A stretch of 64,000 nt of DNA from an uncultured Candidatus Bathyarchaeia archaeon (lineage in GTDB: Archaea; Thermoproteota; Bathyarchaeia; 40CM-2-53-6), in the NCBI GenBank assembly GCA_964533505.1, contig CAZHKA010000035.1:1288-65287 (forward strand), read 5' to 3'. The position numbers and the translations under genes were made by a program. Of this stretch, positions 39,446 to 48,781 are shown piece by piece; position 1 is the stretch's first letter; the number at the start of each line of letters is the position of its first letter. The notes under the pieces were generated by a model that was not told where the DNA came from, searched no databases, and saw nothing but the letters and a program-made list of their open reading frames with translations.

Positions 39446-40308
39446 AAAATGACCCAAGTCAGCAAGGCAAACGATTCCTGAAACTGTTCCTGACAGGGAA
39501 CGAAGCCAGACTGGGGCTGACAATTGTCATAGTGTTTTTGGCGGTTTCATTGGTCGTCGCGGTTGCCGGCAAGTCCGTGGTCCCGTACGATCCAATAAAG
39601 CAGAACGTTGGGCCCGCTTTAGCCTCACCGAGCACGGCTCACTTAATGGGGACCGACAACTTAGGCAGAGACGTTTTCAGTAGAATCGTATTCGCGACGC
39701 CTAACGATTTACTTGTCAGCTTCGTGGTAATCACATCCTCATTCCTGGTAGGTATCGTTCTCGGCGGTCTAGCTGGGTATTGGGGTGGAATACTTGACGA
39801 GATATTGATGAGGTCTACCGATGTGATATTTGCCATTCCAGCACTTATCCTGGCAATGTCCATTGCAGTGATTCTTGGGCCCGGACTGATCCATATGATG
39901 TACGCACTTATGATCGTATGGTGGCCCCCCTATGCTAGGCTCGCTCGCGGCGAAGCACTGCAGATAAGTCAAAAGAATTTCATCGAGAGTGCAAAAACAT
40001 CGGGAACAAGCACATTTACAATCTTTAGAAGACATCTTGCCCGGAATATCCTGAATCCGATGCTTGCATATGCCACACTTGACATCGGGACCGTGGTCGT
40101 TGTTTACGCTGGGTTAAGCTACCTTGGCCTCTCAGTTCAGCCACCAACTCCGGATTGGGGCGCAATGGTCAGCGCTTATCAGGACTATCTGATCTCCGCA
40201 CCCTGGCTACCCCTGTTCCCTGCTTTGGTCATCGCCGCGGTGGTGATCGGCTTCAGTCTACTAGGCAATGCGCTTAGAGACACTATAGAATCGCAGAGCA
40301 TCTCTTAG
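39442..40308 (+). CDS. ABC peptide transporter permease (DppC-like)
   Basis: HLMGTDNLGRD, FIESA and PPTPDWG motifs. Start placed at the ATG overlapping the upstream TGA. Confidence 0.93.
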   Translation: MKNDPSQQGKRFLKLFLTGNEARLGLTIVIVFLAVSLVVAVAGKSVVPYDPIKQNVGPALASPSTAHLMGTDNLGRDVFSRIVFATPNDLLVSFVVITSSFLVGIVLGGLAGYWGGILDEILMRSTDVIFAIPALILAMSIAVILGPGLIHMMYALMIVWWPPYARLARGEALQISQKNFIESAKTSGTSTFTIFRRHLARNILNPMLAYATLDIGTVVVVYAGLSYLGLSVQPPTPDWGAMVSAYQDYLISAPWLPLFPALVIAAVVIGFSLLGNALRDTIESQSIS

Positions 40309-40321
40309 GAGTTCTCTAGAC

Positions 40322-41323
40322 TTGACCGAGAACATTTTAGAAGTAAACGGATTGTCGGTGAACTATGAATCAAGCCAAGGAACTGTGCATGCTATTGATT
40401 CGGTTTCAATCGCGATTCAACCTCGAAACCTAATCGCGGTGGTGGGAGAAAGCGGCTGCGGCAAGAGCACGCTCGGACTCGCGATAATAGGCCTCCTTCC
40501 AGTACCCCCAGCTAAACAGGTGTCAGGAAACGTCGTGTACAAGGGGGTTAACCTGTCCAACCTTAACCGGGAACAGATGCGTCGCTACAGAGGAACAGAA
40601 GTTGCGATGATCTTTCAGGAGCCAATAACATCCCTCAATCCCGTATACAAAATCGGTACCCAAATCGAAGAAGCAATTGCAATCAGAGATTCCAGGGAGA
40701 AAGAAAAGTCATCCAACTCTCAACAAGACAAAGCGCGCGAAAGACGCGAAGAAGTTCTAGGTAGCTTGAAAATGGTGCGCATCCCAGACTCAGAGAGTGT
40801 TGCGAATCGCTACCCATTCGAGTTGAGTGGAGGCATGCGCCAACGAGTCATGATTGCCATGGCTCTGGCGCAGAAGCCGTCGTTATTGATAGCGGATGAG
40901 CCAACAACGGCCCTTGACGTCACCACCCAAGCCGAGGTGTTGAAATTAATGCGCAACCTCATGAACGAGGTCGATACATCAATTCTCCTAATCACCCATG
41001 ACTTGGCCGTAGCCTCGCAGGTCGCTGACAGGGTCGCCGTAATGTATGGCGGTCAGATTGTTGAAGAGGCCGAAGTTAACGAATTGTTCAAGAAACCACT
41101 ACACCCCTACACAAACGGTTTACTCTCATGCATCCCAACGGGTTCAAAGAAAGAAGCGAGACTGAAGCCAATTCAAGGAAACGTGCTAGATTTGAGAGAA
41201 ACATACACCTGTTGCAAGTTTGCCCCCAGATGCCCTTATGTCATGGAGAAATGTTGGAAAGCGAAGCCCCATCTCCAGACATCGAGAACAGAACACGAAG
41301 TAGCGTGCTATCTGTATGAATAG
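40322..41323 (+). CDS. ABC peptide transporter ATPase (DppD-like)
   Basis: GESGCGKS, LSGGMRQR, DEPTTALD and HPYT motifs. Confidence 0.95.
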   Translation: MTENILEVNGLSVNYESSQGTVHAIDSVSIAIQPRNLIAVVGESGCGKSTLGLAIIGLLPVPPAKQVSGNVVYKGVNLSNLNREQMRRYRGTEVAMIFQEPITSLNPVYKIGTQIEEAIAIRDSREKEKSSNSQQDKARERREEVLGSLKMVRIPDSESVANRYPFELSGGMRQRVMIAMALAQKPSLLIADEPTTALDVTTQAEVLKLMRNLMNEVDTSILLITHDLAVASQVADRVAVMYGGQIVEEAEVNELFKKPLHPYTNGLLSCIPTGSKKEARLKPIQGNVLDLRETYTCCKFAPRCPYVMEKCWKAKPHLQTSRTEHEVACYLYE

Positions 41324-42284
41324 GCACGATCAACTACTCGAAACGCAGGATTTGAAGACGTACTTCACCTTACGGGGATCACTTCTCCGAAGGCGCAAGT
41401 ATGTCCGGGCTGTCGATTTGGTGTCAATCAACGTAGCATCTGGAGAAACAGTAGCCGTAGTCGGCGAGAGCGGATGCGGAAAGACGACGTTCGCGAGAAC
41501 CGTTCTGTTGTTGACGCATTCCACGGCCGGGTCGATCAAGCTTCTTGGACAAGACGCGGTTAGATCAAAAGAGTACTACAGAAACATGCAACTCGTGTTT
41601 CAAGATCCCGAATCCTCACTTGATCCTACGATGAGAATAAGAGATATCGTCGCTGAGCCACTGCTGGGTCTTTCACAATTAACTAGGGAAGAAATCGACA
41701 AGAAAGTCACTCAAGTCATGAACGAAGTGGGGCTTGGCGAGGATGTCTTGCACAGAGTGCCACGACAACTCAGCGGAGGCCAAAAACAGCGCGTAAACAT
41801 TGCTCGAGCAATAGTAAGTGAACCCAAACTTGTGATACTAGACGAACCGACCAGTGCCCTCGATGCATCGGTCCAGGCTCAGATACTTAACCTCCTTCTC
41901 GACCTGCAGACCAAACACGGCCTTAGCTATCTTATCATAACCCACAACATATCCGTCGCCGAATACCTATCCGACAGAATATACGTCATGTACGCAGGTA
42001 GAATCGTGGAGCAAGGTTTCACGGACGAAGTGATCAAGAAGCCCCGGCACCCCTACACCATAGCCCTGCTAGCGTCGGCACCGATCCCCGACCCAAGCAA
42101 GAAGAATCTACTTAGCGCAGAAATCACTGGAGAACCCCCTAGCGCAATCGACCCTCCCCCTGGATGCCGGTTCAACCCACGTTGCCCCTTCGCAAAGGAG
42201 CTATGTCGCATCAAGGAACCATCGTTGGACCCGCTATCACAAGACAGGTTCGTAGCCTGCCATTTCGTAACCGAAACAGCGTAG
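41316..42284 (+). CDS. ABC peptide transporter ATPase (DppF-like)
   Basis: GESGCGKT, LSGGQKQR, DEPTSALD and GCRFNPRC motifs. Confidence 0.95.
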   Translation: MNRHDQLLETQDLKTYFTLRGSLLRRRKYVRAVDLVSINVASGETVAVVGESGCGKTTFARTVLLLTHSTAGSIKLLGQDAVRSKEYYRNMQLVFQDPESSLDPTMRIRDIVAEPLLGLSQLTREEIDKKVTQVMNEVGLGEDVLHRVPRQLSGGQKQRVNIARAIVSEPKLVILDEPTSALDASVQAQILNLLLDLQTKHGLSYLIITHNISVAEYLSDRIYVMYAGRIVEQGFTDEVIKKPRHPYTIALLASAPIPDPSKKNLLSAEITGEPPSAIDPPPGCRFNPRCPFAKELCRIKEPSLDPLSQDRFVACHFVTETA

Positions 42285-42313
42285 AGACGCAGTGAAAGCA
42301 AATCCATGCGGAT

Positions 42314-43840
42314 TCACTTCAATTTTCCAACAGCCTGTTCAACCGCCTCAAGAACTTCCCCTTGTTCTACGGCCTTTGATAATTTCATAATGTCCGGATA
42401 TAACGGCCTATCCTCTTCGAGGTGTGTTACGTACTTCCTTACCGCGTCATGTGCCGCCTGCGTCCCTTTTCCGGGTTTCAACGGTTTTCTGAAATCCAAA
42501 GCTTGGGCGCCAGCCATCAGTTCAATTGCAAATATGGCGGACGAGTTTTTCAAAATCTCCTTCGTTTTCAATGCAGTCGTATTTGCCATACTGACAAAGT
42601 CTTCTTGATCCGCCGCCGTCGGGATGGATCCCGTCGCCGCAGGCGTGGACAGAACCCTATTCTCACATACCAGCGATGCGGCTGTGTATTGCGCAAGCAT
42701 CATACCCGAGAACATTCCCGCTCCTTTGGTCAAGAATGCAGGTAGGCCCATGCTTAGGGCAGGGTTCACCAGGCGGTTCATCCTTCTTTCGGATAATGCA
42801 CCGACCGTCGTGAGAGCGATTCCTAAGTATTCCAATGCAAAAGCCAATGGCGTACCCTGAAAGTTTGCTCCCGTCAAACAAATTCCCCCCTCATCCGTGA
42901 AAAATAGAGGGTTGTCGCCCACACCGTTAATCTCTGTCTCAAAGATTCTTCTTGCAAACTTCAAAGTGTCCTTTGCAGCGCCAACAACCTGCGGTGTGCT
43001 CCGCAGACTATAGGATTCTTGAACCTTCTGAGGTTTCTGCTTCAAAATCTCGCTGCCCCCAACAACTCTCCTGACATTTTCAGCCGACTCGATTGCGCCT
43101 TCGAACCCCCTAGCTTTGTGGATCCTCTCGTCAAAAGCTAACATGTTGGGGGTCAGAGCCTCTAGAGTCATTGCAGCAGCAACTTCAGAAGTCTTCACAA
43201 GCATCTCAGCATCGGACACTTGCAAGCATCCCATGCCAGCCACCAGGTTCGAACCATTGATCGTCGCCAAGCCGTCCCTTGCTTCGTACGTGATTGTTTG
43301 GATTCCCGCTTTGTCCATGGCTTGTTTCCCAGCCATCCTCTCTCCTTGATAGAACGCTTCCCCTTCTCCCATCACAACCAACGACCCTTGGCCTAGCGGA
43401 GAGAGATCCCCGCTTGCTCCGACAGATCCCTTCTGGCACATCACCGGGGTTACCCCTTTGTTCAACATGTCGACCAGTGTTGAGACAACAACGAGCCTCA
43501 ACCCCGAGTACCCCTTTGAAAGAACATTGACCCGAGTAAGCCAAGCCGCTCTAGCATCGTCTATCGCGACAGGCTCGCCCCAGCCCGCAGCATGACTGTA
43601 AACCACGTACCTTTGAAAATCTTTGAGTTGATCGGGCGATAACAATACGTTTGAGAGTTCGCCAATCCCCGTGGAAATTCCGTAGAGCTTCTCTTTTTTC
43701 GCAATCAACCTCTCTACAACTTGCCTCGACCGCGCAATTTTTCCAGGAACCTCTTGTGCAAGTTCAATGGACTCACTTTCCCTCGCAACCTTTACCACAT
43801 CCTCGATGGTCAAAGACTGACCGTCAATGCTCACCGTCAT
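42314..43840 (-). CDS. hutH: Histidine ammonia-lyase (MIO enzyme)
   Basis: YGISTG.G, SHAAG (HAL-type His), GSVGASGDL MIO motif, YSLR and QED.VSM motifs. Confidence 0.85.
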   Translation of the reverse strand: MTVSIDGQSLTIEDVVKVARESESIELAQEVPGKIARSRQVVERLIAKKEKLYGISTGIGELSNVLLSPDQLKDFQRYVVYSHAAGWGEPVAIDDARAAWLTRVNVLSKGYSGLRLVVVSTLVDMLNKGVTPVMCQKGSVGASGDLSPLGQGSLVVMGEGEAFYQGERMAGKQAMDKAGIQTITYEARDGLATINGSNLVAGMGCLQVSDAEMLVKTSEVAAAMTLEALTPNMLAFDERIHKARGFEGAIESAENVRRVVGGSEILKQKPQKVQESYSLRSTPQVVGAAKDTLKFARRIFETEINGVGDNPLFFTDEGGICLTGANFQGTPLAFALEYLGIALTTVGALSERRMNRLVNPALSMGLPAFLTKGAGMFSGMMLAQYTAASLVCENRVLSTPAATGSIPTAADQEDFVSMANTTALKTKEILKNSSAIFAIELMAGAQALDFRKPLKPGKGTQAAHDAVRKYVTHLEEDRPLYPDIMKLSKAVEQGEVLEAVEQAVGKLK

Positions 43841-43979
43841 GCCAAGAACCTCATCAACCGGAAGCCAATCGCGCTCCCCATAAAGCTAGTCGCCTCTTTT
43901 TCAAGGAAGAAAGTAGCTTCGAATCCAAGACTCCTAACGGCTAAAACCTCAAGAGAGGCTCGAACGCAAACACACCACG

Positions 43980-44780
43980 GTGGAATCGAGATTGGACCGC
44001 CTGTACGATAGTGTTTTCGTGAGGCCGCCCAGTAATAGCTACGCGAACTGTGTTTCTTCCAACCCGAAAAGAGATAGCATCGATGTCATCCTCGCAAAGG
44101 AACAACACCGTAACTATGTCTCCGTCCTAGAAGAGTCTGGGGTGAAAGTTTTCGGGTTACCCGCACTGGAAGACTTTCCGGATTCTGTCTTCGCATATGA
44201 CCCTGGCCTGCTTGGGAAGAGAACCTGCGTCATTGGAAGGTTCGGTGAAAAATCCCGGAGAGGAGAAGAGGAAGCCCTTGCAAGAGATCTTGAAAAATAC
44301 AGGAACGAAGTGGGAAGGTTGACCCACGTTGTTGACCCTGGAACGTTGGAAGGCGGCGATATACTTGTGACGGAACAGGAGATCTTCGTTGGGGAGTCAA
44401 CTAGGACTAACCCACGTGGGATTAAGCAATTGACGGAGATCATGAAGAATACAACGGTCCGAGCGATCAAGACGCAGACCTTCCACATGCTATGCGGTTG
44501 CAGTTATCTCAGCAATGGGGGGATGTTGATAGTGCCTGACCTTCTCAACCCGACCCTTTTCCCTAGGTTTGAACACATACTCGTTCCGAAGGAAGAGTCG
44601 TATGCTTCCGAGGCACTCTATTTGGGCGAGAGGAGAGTGTTGATCCCCGCGGGTTTTCCGAAGACCGCGGAAAAGTTGAAGGAAGCAGGCTACAAGCCTG
44701 TTGAGGTAGAACTCTCGGAGTTCTACAAAGGAGATGGAGGCGTATCCTGCTTATCGCAACCAGTTTGGAAGACAATTTGA
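43980..44780 (+). CDS. Dimethylarginine dimethylaminohydrolase / amidinotransferase family
   Basis: FPDSVF.D, RRGE, LEGGD, RTN and DGGVSCLS motifs. Confidence 0.88.
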   Translation: MESRLDRLYDSVFVRPPSNSYANCVSSNPKRDSIDVILAKEQHRNYVSVLEESGVKVFGLPALEDFPDSVFAYDPGLLGKRTCVIGRFGEKSRRGEEEALARDLEKYRNEVGRLTHVVDPGTLEGGDILVTEQEIFVGESTRTNPRGIKQLTEIMKNTTVRAIKTQTFHMLCGCSYLSNGGMLIVPDLLNPTLFPRFEHILVPKEESYASEALYLGERRVLIPAGFPKTAEKLKEAGYKPVEVELSEFYKGDGGVSCLSQPVWKTI

Positions 44781-44861
44781 TTAGCGCTTGTAAAGTGAGC
44801 GATTCCTTTTCGAAGTTCCGTAGAGCTCATCGTTTTTTCGCTATTAACTTCGTGGGCCGTT

Positions 44862-46784
44862 CTAGACGGCGGTTACTTTCTTGCTGGACGCTTCTTGTAG
44901 TTCTCTAATCGAGGTCTCGTCTTCAATTGTTGAGTAGTCGCCGAGGGGCTTATTTGCGATTATAGCCCTGATGACTCTGCGCATGATCTTGCCGCTTCTC
45001 GTTTTCGGCAATTTGCTTACAAAATAGATATCGCTGACGATGACGATTGGGCCGAGAGTGTTTCTAACGAGCTCTCTCAGCGTTTGCTTGAGCGACTCGT
45101 CGCCCATCTTACTATCCTTAAGGACAACAAAGGCGCATGCAGTCTCTCCTCTCAACTCATCAGGTCGTCCGACTACGGCGGCCTCTGCCACGTTGGCGTT
45201 TTGCAGAAGAGCGCTCTCAATTTCGATTGTGCCAATTCTATGTGCGGAGATTTTGATTACTTCGTCAACTCTTCCCAAGAACCAAATGTAGCCGTCCTCA
45301 TCCTTCATAGCCGCATCTCCGGTCGTGTATACTCCGGGGAACCGATTCCAATAACTCTCTACGTACCGTTTATGATCACGCCATAGGGTTGGAGTCAGTC
45401 CTGGGAAAGGCTTCCTCACGATAAACGTCCCCTCAATTCCGGCACCGACTGGTTTCCCTTCATCATCGACTATGTCAGCATCGACGCCGGGCAGTGGAAC
45501 ACATGCTGAGCCCGGTTTAATAGGAAGCAAGTTGATTCCGGCCGGATTTCCCACTAGCGGCCCACTTGTCTCGGTCTGCCACATATGATCAATAACAGGG
45601 ATTCGATCTGCGAAGACCTTCTTCTGCAACCATTCCCATGCCGGCGGGTTGAGCACTTCCCCGGCACAGGCTACGAGCTTGACGGAACTTAGGTCATGTT
45701 TCTTCGGGTATTCGTCCCCATATTTCATCAGTGCGCGTGCACCTGTGGGCGATATCCAGAATCGTGTGACCTTGTTTCTCTCGATTATCTTCCACCAAAC
45801 ATCCGGCGTTGGGTGGTCTGGAAGACCCTCGTACATGAGTGTTGAGCAACCAAAGATGAGGGGCGCGTATACAACATAGCTGTGTCCCACAATCCAGCCA
45901 ACATCCGAAGTAGACCACCACACATCCCTCTCGTCCATGCCGTATACCCACTTGCCCATCGCGTAGATATAGACTTGATAACTTCCGTGACGCTGAACCG
46001 TGCCCTTTGGCTTAGCCATCGTTCCGGAAGTGTACAAGACAAAAGCCGGATCGTTTGCATCCATCTTCTCAAATTCAGAACTCTGCCCTTCGCCGTTCTC
46101 AACGGCCTGCTCCCAGAAGAGGTCTCTACCCTCCGTCATTGGCGGACTGGTCTTTTCTCTGCGTAGAACTATGACATTCCGGACGTCGTGCCGCCGCGCT
46201 TTTAATGCCTCGTCGACTACTTCCTTAAGAGGCACCGTCTTTCCCCGTCGATATCCGACGTCTGCCGTGACGATGAGTTTGGATTCGACATCTTCAACCC
46301 TATCCGCCAGAGCCCCATATCCGAATCCGCCGAAGACCACCGAGTGTATCGCGCCAATCCGCGTCGTCGCAAGCATTGCGACTGCCGCTTCAGGGACCAT
46401 TGGCATGTAGATTGTCACCCGATCCCCGCGAGCAACACCCTGACTTCTCAGGGCTGCAGCAAACCGTTTCACGTCCTGCAAGAGTTGATTGTACGTGAGT
46501 ACACAGGGCGGGAAACCTTCACCATTCTCCCATATCAGAGCAGCATGATTGCCTCTACCCTTCTCAATGTTGGCCTCAAGACAGTTGTAGGCTAGGTTTG
46601 TGATTCCACCGTTGAACCAAGAGAAGTCAGGATAATTCCATTCAAGCACCTTGTCCCAACGATGAAACCAATGCAAGTCTTCAGCAACCTCCGACCAGAA
46701 TGTGTCGGGGTCTCCTAAAGCCCGATGATTCATCCACTTCAGTTGTGGTGGCAGTTCGATCTTGCGGTTTCCTGGCGCGGTCAA
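44862..46784 (-). CDS. acs: Acetyl-CoA synthetase (AMP-forming)
   Basis: LYTSGT..KPKG, WQTET, TGD and LPKTRSGKIMRR motifs. Confidence 0.9.
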   Translation of the reverse strand: MTAPGNRKIELPPQLKWMNHRALGDPDTFWSEVAEDLHWFHRWDKVLEWNYPDFSWFNGGITNLAYNCLEANIEKGRGNHAALIWENGEGFPPCVLTYNQLLQDVKRFAAALRSQGVARGDRVTIYMPMVPEAAVAMLATTRIGAIHSVVFGGFGYGALADRVEDVESKLIVTADVGYRRGKTVPLKEVVDEALKARRHDVRNVIVLRREKTSPPMTEGRDLFWEQAVENGEGQSSEFEKMDANDPAFVLYTSGTMAKPKGTVQRHGSYQVYIYAMGKWVYGMDERDVWWSTSDVGWIVGHSYVVYAPLIFGCSTLMYEGLPDHPTPDVWWKIIERNKVTRFWISPTGARALMKYGDEYPKKHDLSSVKLVACAGEVLNPPAWEWLQKKVFADRIPVIDHMWQTETSGPLVGNPAGINLLPIKPGSACVPLPGVDADIVDDEGKPVGAGIEGTFIVRKPFPGLTPTLWRDHKRYVESYWNRFPGVYTTGDAAMKDEDGYIWFLGRVDEVIKISAHRIGTIEIESALLQNANVAEAAVVGRPDELRGETACAFVVLKDSKMGDESLKQTLRELVRNTLGPIVIVSDIYFVSKLPKTRSGKIMRRVIRAIIANKPLGDYSTIEDETSIRELQEASSKKVTAV

Positions 46785-47023
46785 TTTGGGAATCGCGTAC
46801 GGTCGGTTTGGAATCCCTTTTAGCCCTTAACGGCGAAACCCGATTATGAATTTCACACCTTTACGTTTGACACGGTGGCTTCATCCATATTGAATTCCAT
46901 AATCATAGATGGGGCATATACTACTCATAGGAAAGGCTTGCAAGGAAGCGTAATCCGCTTGGCCGCAGTTGTCTCAAAATTTCTGTTGAGAGAAGTCTTT
47001 TCGAGAACTCTACGTTAGCCACA

Positions 47024-47389
47024 TTATTTCGGTACCATACAGAGAAACTTGAGAGGCTTGTCCGCACTTGCTTGAAATTGGTGCTTGCGGTTTGGCGGAA
47101 TCAGAATCGCATCACCAGGTGCTATCCTCTCTTCTCGGTCCTCGTACCGGACCTTTCCATTGCCTTCGAGAACATAGACTTCATGTTCCCAGTCGTGGCT
47201 ATGGTATGGTGTGAAGCCGCCGGCATCAACCGTAAAGTGACGCATTAGGAAAGTAGGTGCTTTGTCTTTGTTGATAAGCCACTTTATCATCACACCTTGC
47301 GCGCCTTCCTCAGTCACACCGGCATCGGGCGTCTCGTTCAAGCTGGTCTTATACAATGACGTTCTCGCTATAGGAAATGGCGGCCGCAA
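47024..47389 (-). CDS. Cupin-domain protein
   Basis: HSHDWEHEVYVLEG and IPPN.KH motifs. Confidence 0.88.
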   Translation of the reverse strand: MRPPFPIARTSLYKTSLNETPDAGVTEEGAQGVMIKWLINKDKAPTFLMRHFTVDAGGFTPYHSHDWEHEVYVLEGNGKVRYEDREERIAPGDAILIPPNRKHQFQASADKPLKFLCMVPK

Positions 47390-47478
47390 GATAAACCTGC
47401 ACTAAAGGGAATCAGAATTGGGGATTCAAGCGGCCTTGAGGCCAAGCGTTAATATTTCGCCGACATCGCGTTTAATCT

Positions 47479-48294
47479 GTGACTAAGTTGAAGACGATAC
47501 TTCCGAAGCCCAAGTGGTTAGTTCTCACACTTCTCTTTCTTGCGGTAATTATCGCCTCGACCGCGATTTTCGCCAAAGCCCAGGCCACGGTGGTAACTTA
47601 CGGCGATACGAACATCGAACCGGTCACTACCAACCTTCTGGATAACTACGTTGACGCCCTTACCAAGATCGTTGTCACTCAGCCAACTACGATTACGTCA
47701 GTTTCAATGTACATACAATACGCCGGCTCCGATGGAAGCCAGTGTATTAAGTTTGGAATTTACGGGGACAATGGAGGTTCTTCGGGACAAAGTAACCCGA
47801 TTAATCAGCCGCTCATCGCCGCTACGCATTACGGTTACTGCCTGCTGGTAGGAAATTTCGGCCCTGCATGGGAAACGTGGCCGCTGGCGCAATCAGATTG
47901 GATGACTCTTAACCCAGGAACTTATTGGCTTGCCACGCTAGCCTCACAAGACTTCGGAACCATCTACCATTTCACTTACACGGGTGCATACGGCGGGCAA
48001 TACCTCTACAATTATGGATACTTCAATTACGCCTTCCCGGCATCATATGCACTAGGCTTTCCGCCCGCTTCGTTCGGCAATACAACCTTTACGAACGGGG
48101 AAGGCAACATCATCCCATTCAACCCCTCCGACATCGGCACATACAATGCGCCCTACAGCTTTTACGTGACCGGCTTCTTGACTACGCAGACTACGCATTC
48201 AATCCCTGAATTCTCCGCGCCACTGCTCGCTACCGCTGCTCTTCTGCTACCGCTTCTGTTAATCCGGCGGAAAAGACCTCAAATAAGCAAATAG
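47479..48294 (+). CDS. Secreted surface protein with PEF-CTERM-like sorting signal
   Basis: Signal peptide (..AKAQA); C-terminal IPEF, TM helix and RRKR tail. Confidence 0.8.
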   Translation: MTKLKTILPKPKWLVLTLLFLAVIIASTAIFAKAQATVVTYGDTNIEPVTTNLLDNYVDALTKIVVTQPTTITSVSMYIQYAGSDGSQCIKFGIYGDNGGSSGQSNPINQPLIAATHYGYCLLVGNFGPAWETWPLAQSDWMTLNPGTYWLATLASQDFGTIYHFTYTGAYGGQYLYNYGYFNYAFPASYALGFPPASFGNTTFTNGEGNIIPFNPSDIGTYNAPYSFYVTGFLTTQTTHSIPEFSAPLLATAALLLPLLLIRRKRPQISK

Positions 48295-48298
48295 ACTC

Positions 48299-48330
48299 CA
48301 AAAAAAGAAAGCAAGGCGGAACGAACCGCC
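48299..48330 (-). terminator. Hairpin plus T-tract terminator
   Basis: GGCGG-TTCGTT-CCGCC followed by TTGCTTTCTTTTTTT on the minus strand, between convergent genes. Confidence 0.55.
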
Positions 48331-48343
48331 ATAGTTAGCACCC

Positions 48344-48424
48344 TTACGCTACAATTTCCTCTTGACGAATGTTCTTGTCGTGCTCAATACCTAACTTCAT
48401 CTTAACTTTGCGTTTCTTGGCCAA
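48344..48424 (-). CDS. 26-aa basic microprotein (not in ORF track)
   Basis: GGAGGTG SD at 48438-48432, 7 nt before a TTG; translation MAKKRKVKMKLGIEHDKNIRQEEIVA*; terminator directly downstream. Confidence 0.6.
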   Translation of the reverse strand: MAKKRKVKMKLGIEHDKNIRQEEIVA

Positions 48425-48781
48425 ACCCAAACACCTCCATCAAAACTACTGAAGAACAAGATACCTGTCAAGCATATATAACGACGATTGGAGCGAAAGT
48501 TAGAAAGAGTAATAATACCGCCTCTCCACTTGGTAGAATATATCTAAGCTCTCGGGTGTGCGGAGCGCTGGAATGCGAGAAAAAGACTCGCACCATACCG
48601 TTTATCCTTAGAATTGCGGCGGATCTTTTCGCCCGTGTTGTTCGTTGGGCGACTGGCACGTACCTTCGCATGCTAGAATGAGCCTCCTAATGCAACCATT
48701 GACTCTTATGCACTCTATATGCGAAATGACTATCCCGAGCCTTTGTGGAGATTACTAAGTCGGCTGTTCTCTTAGTGAAAG

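Noticed and set aside
48468-48671. 67-aa minus-strand ORF
   Set aside because: No recognisable motif or SD, and it lies in a probable promoter region; left uncalled.
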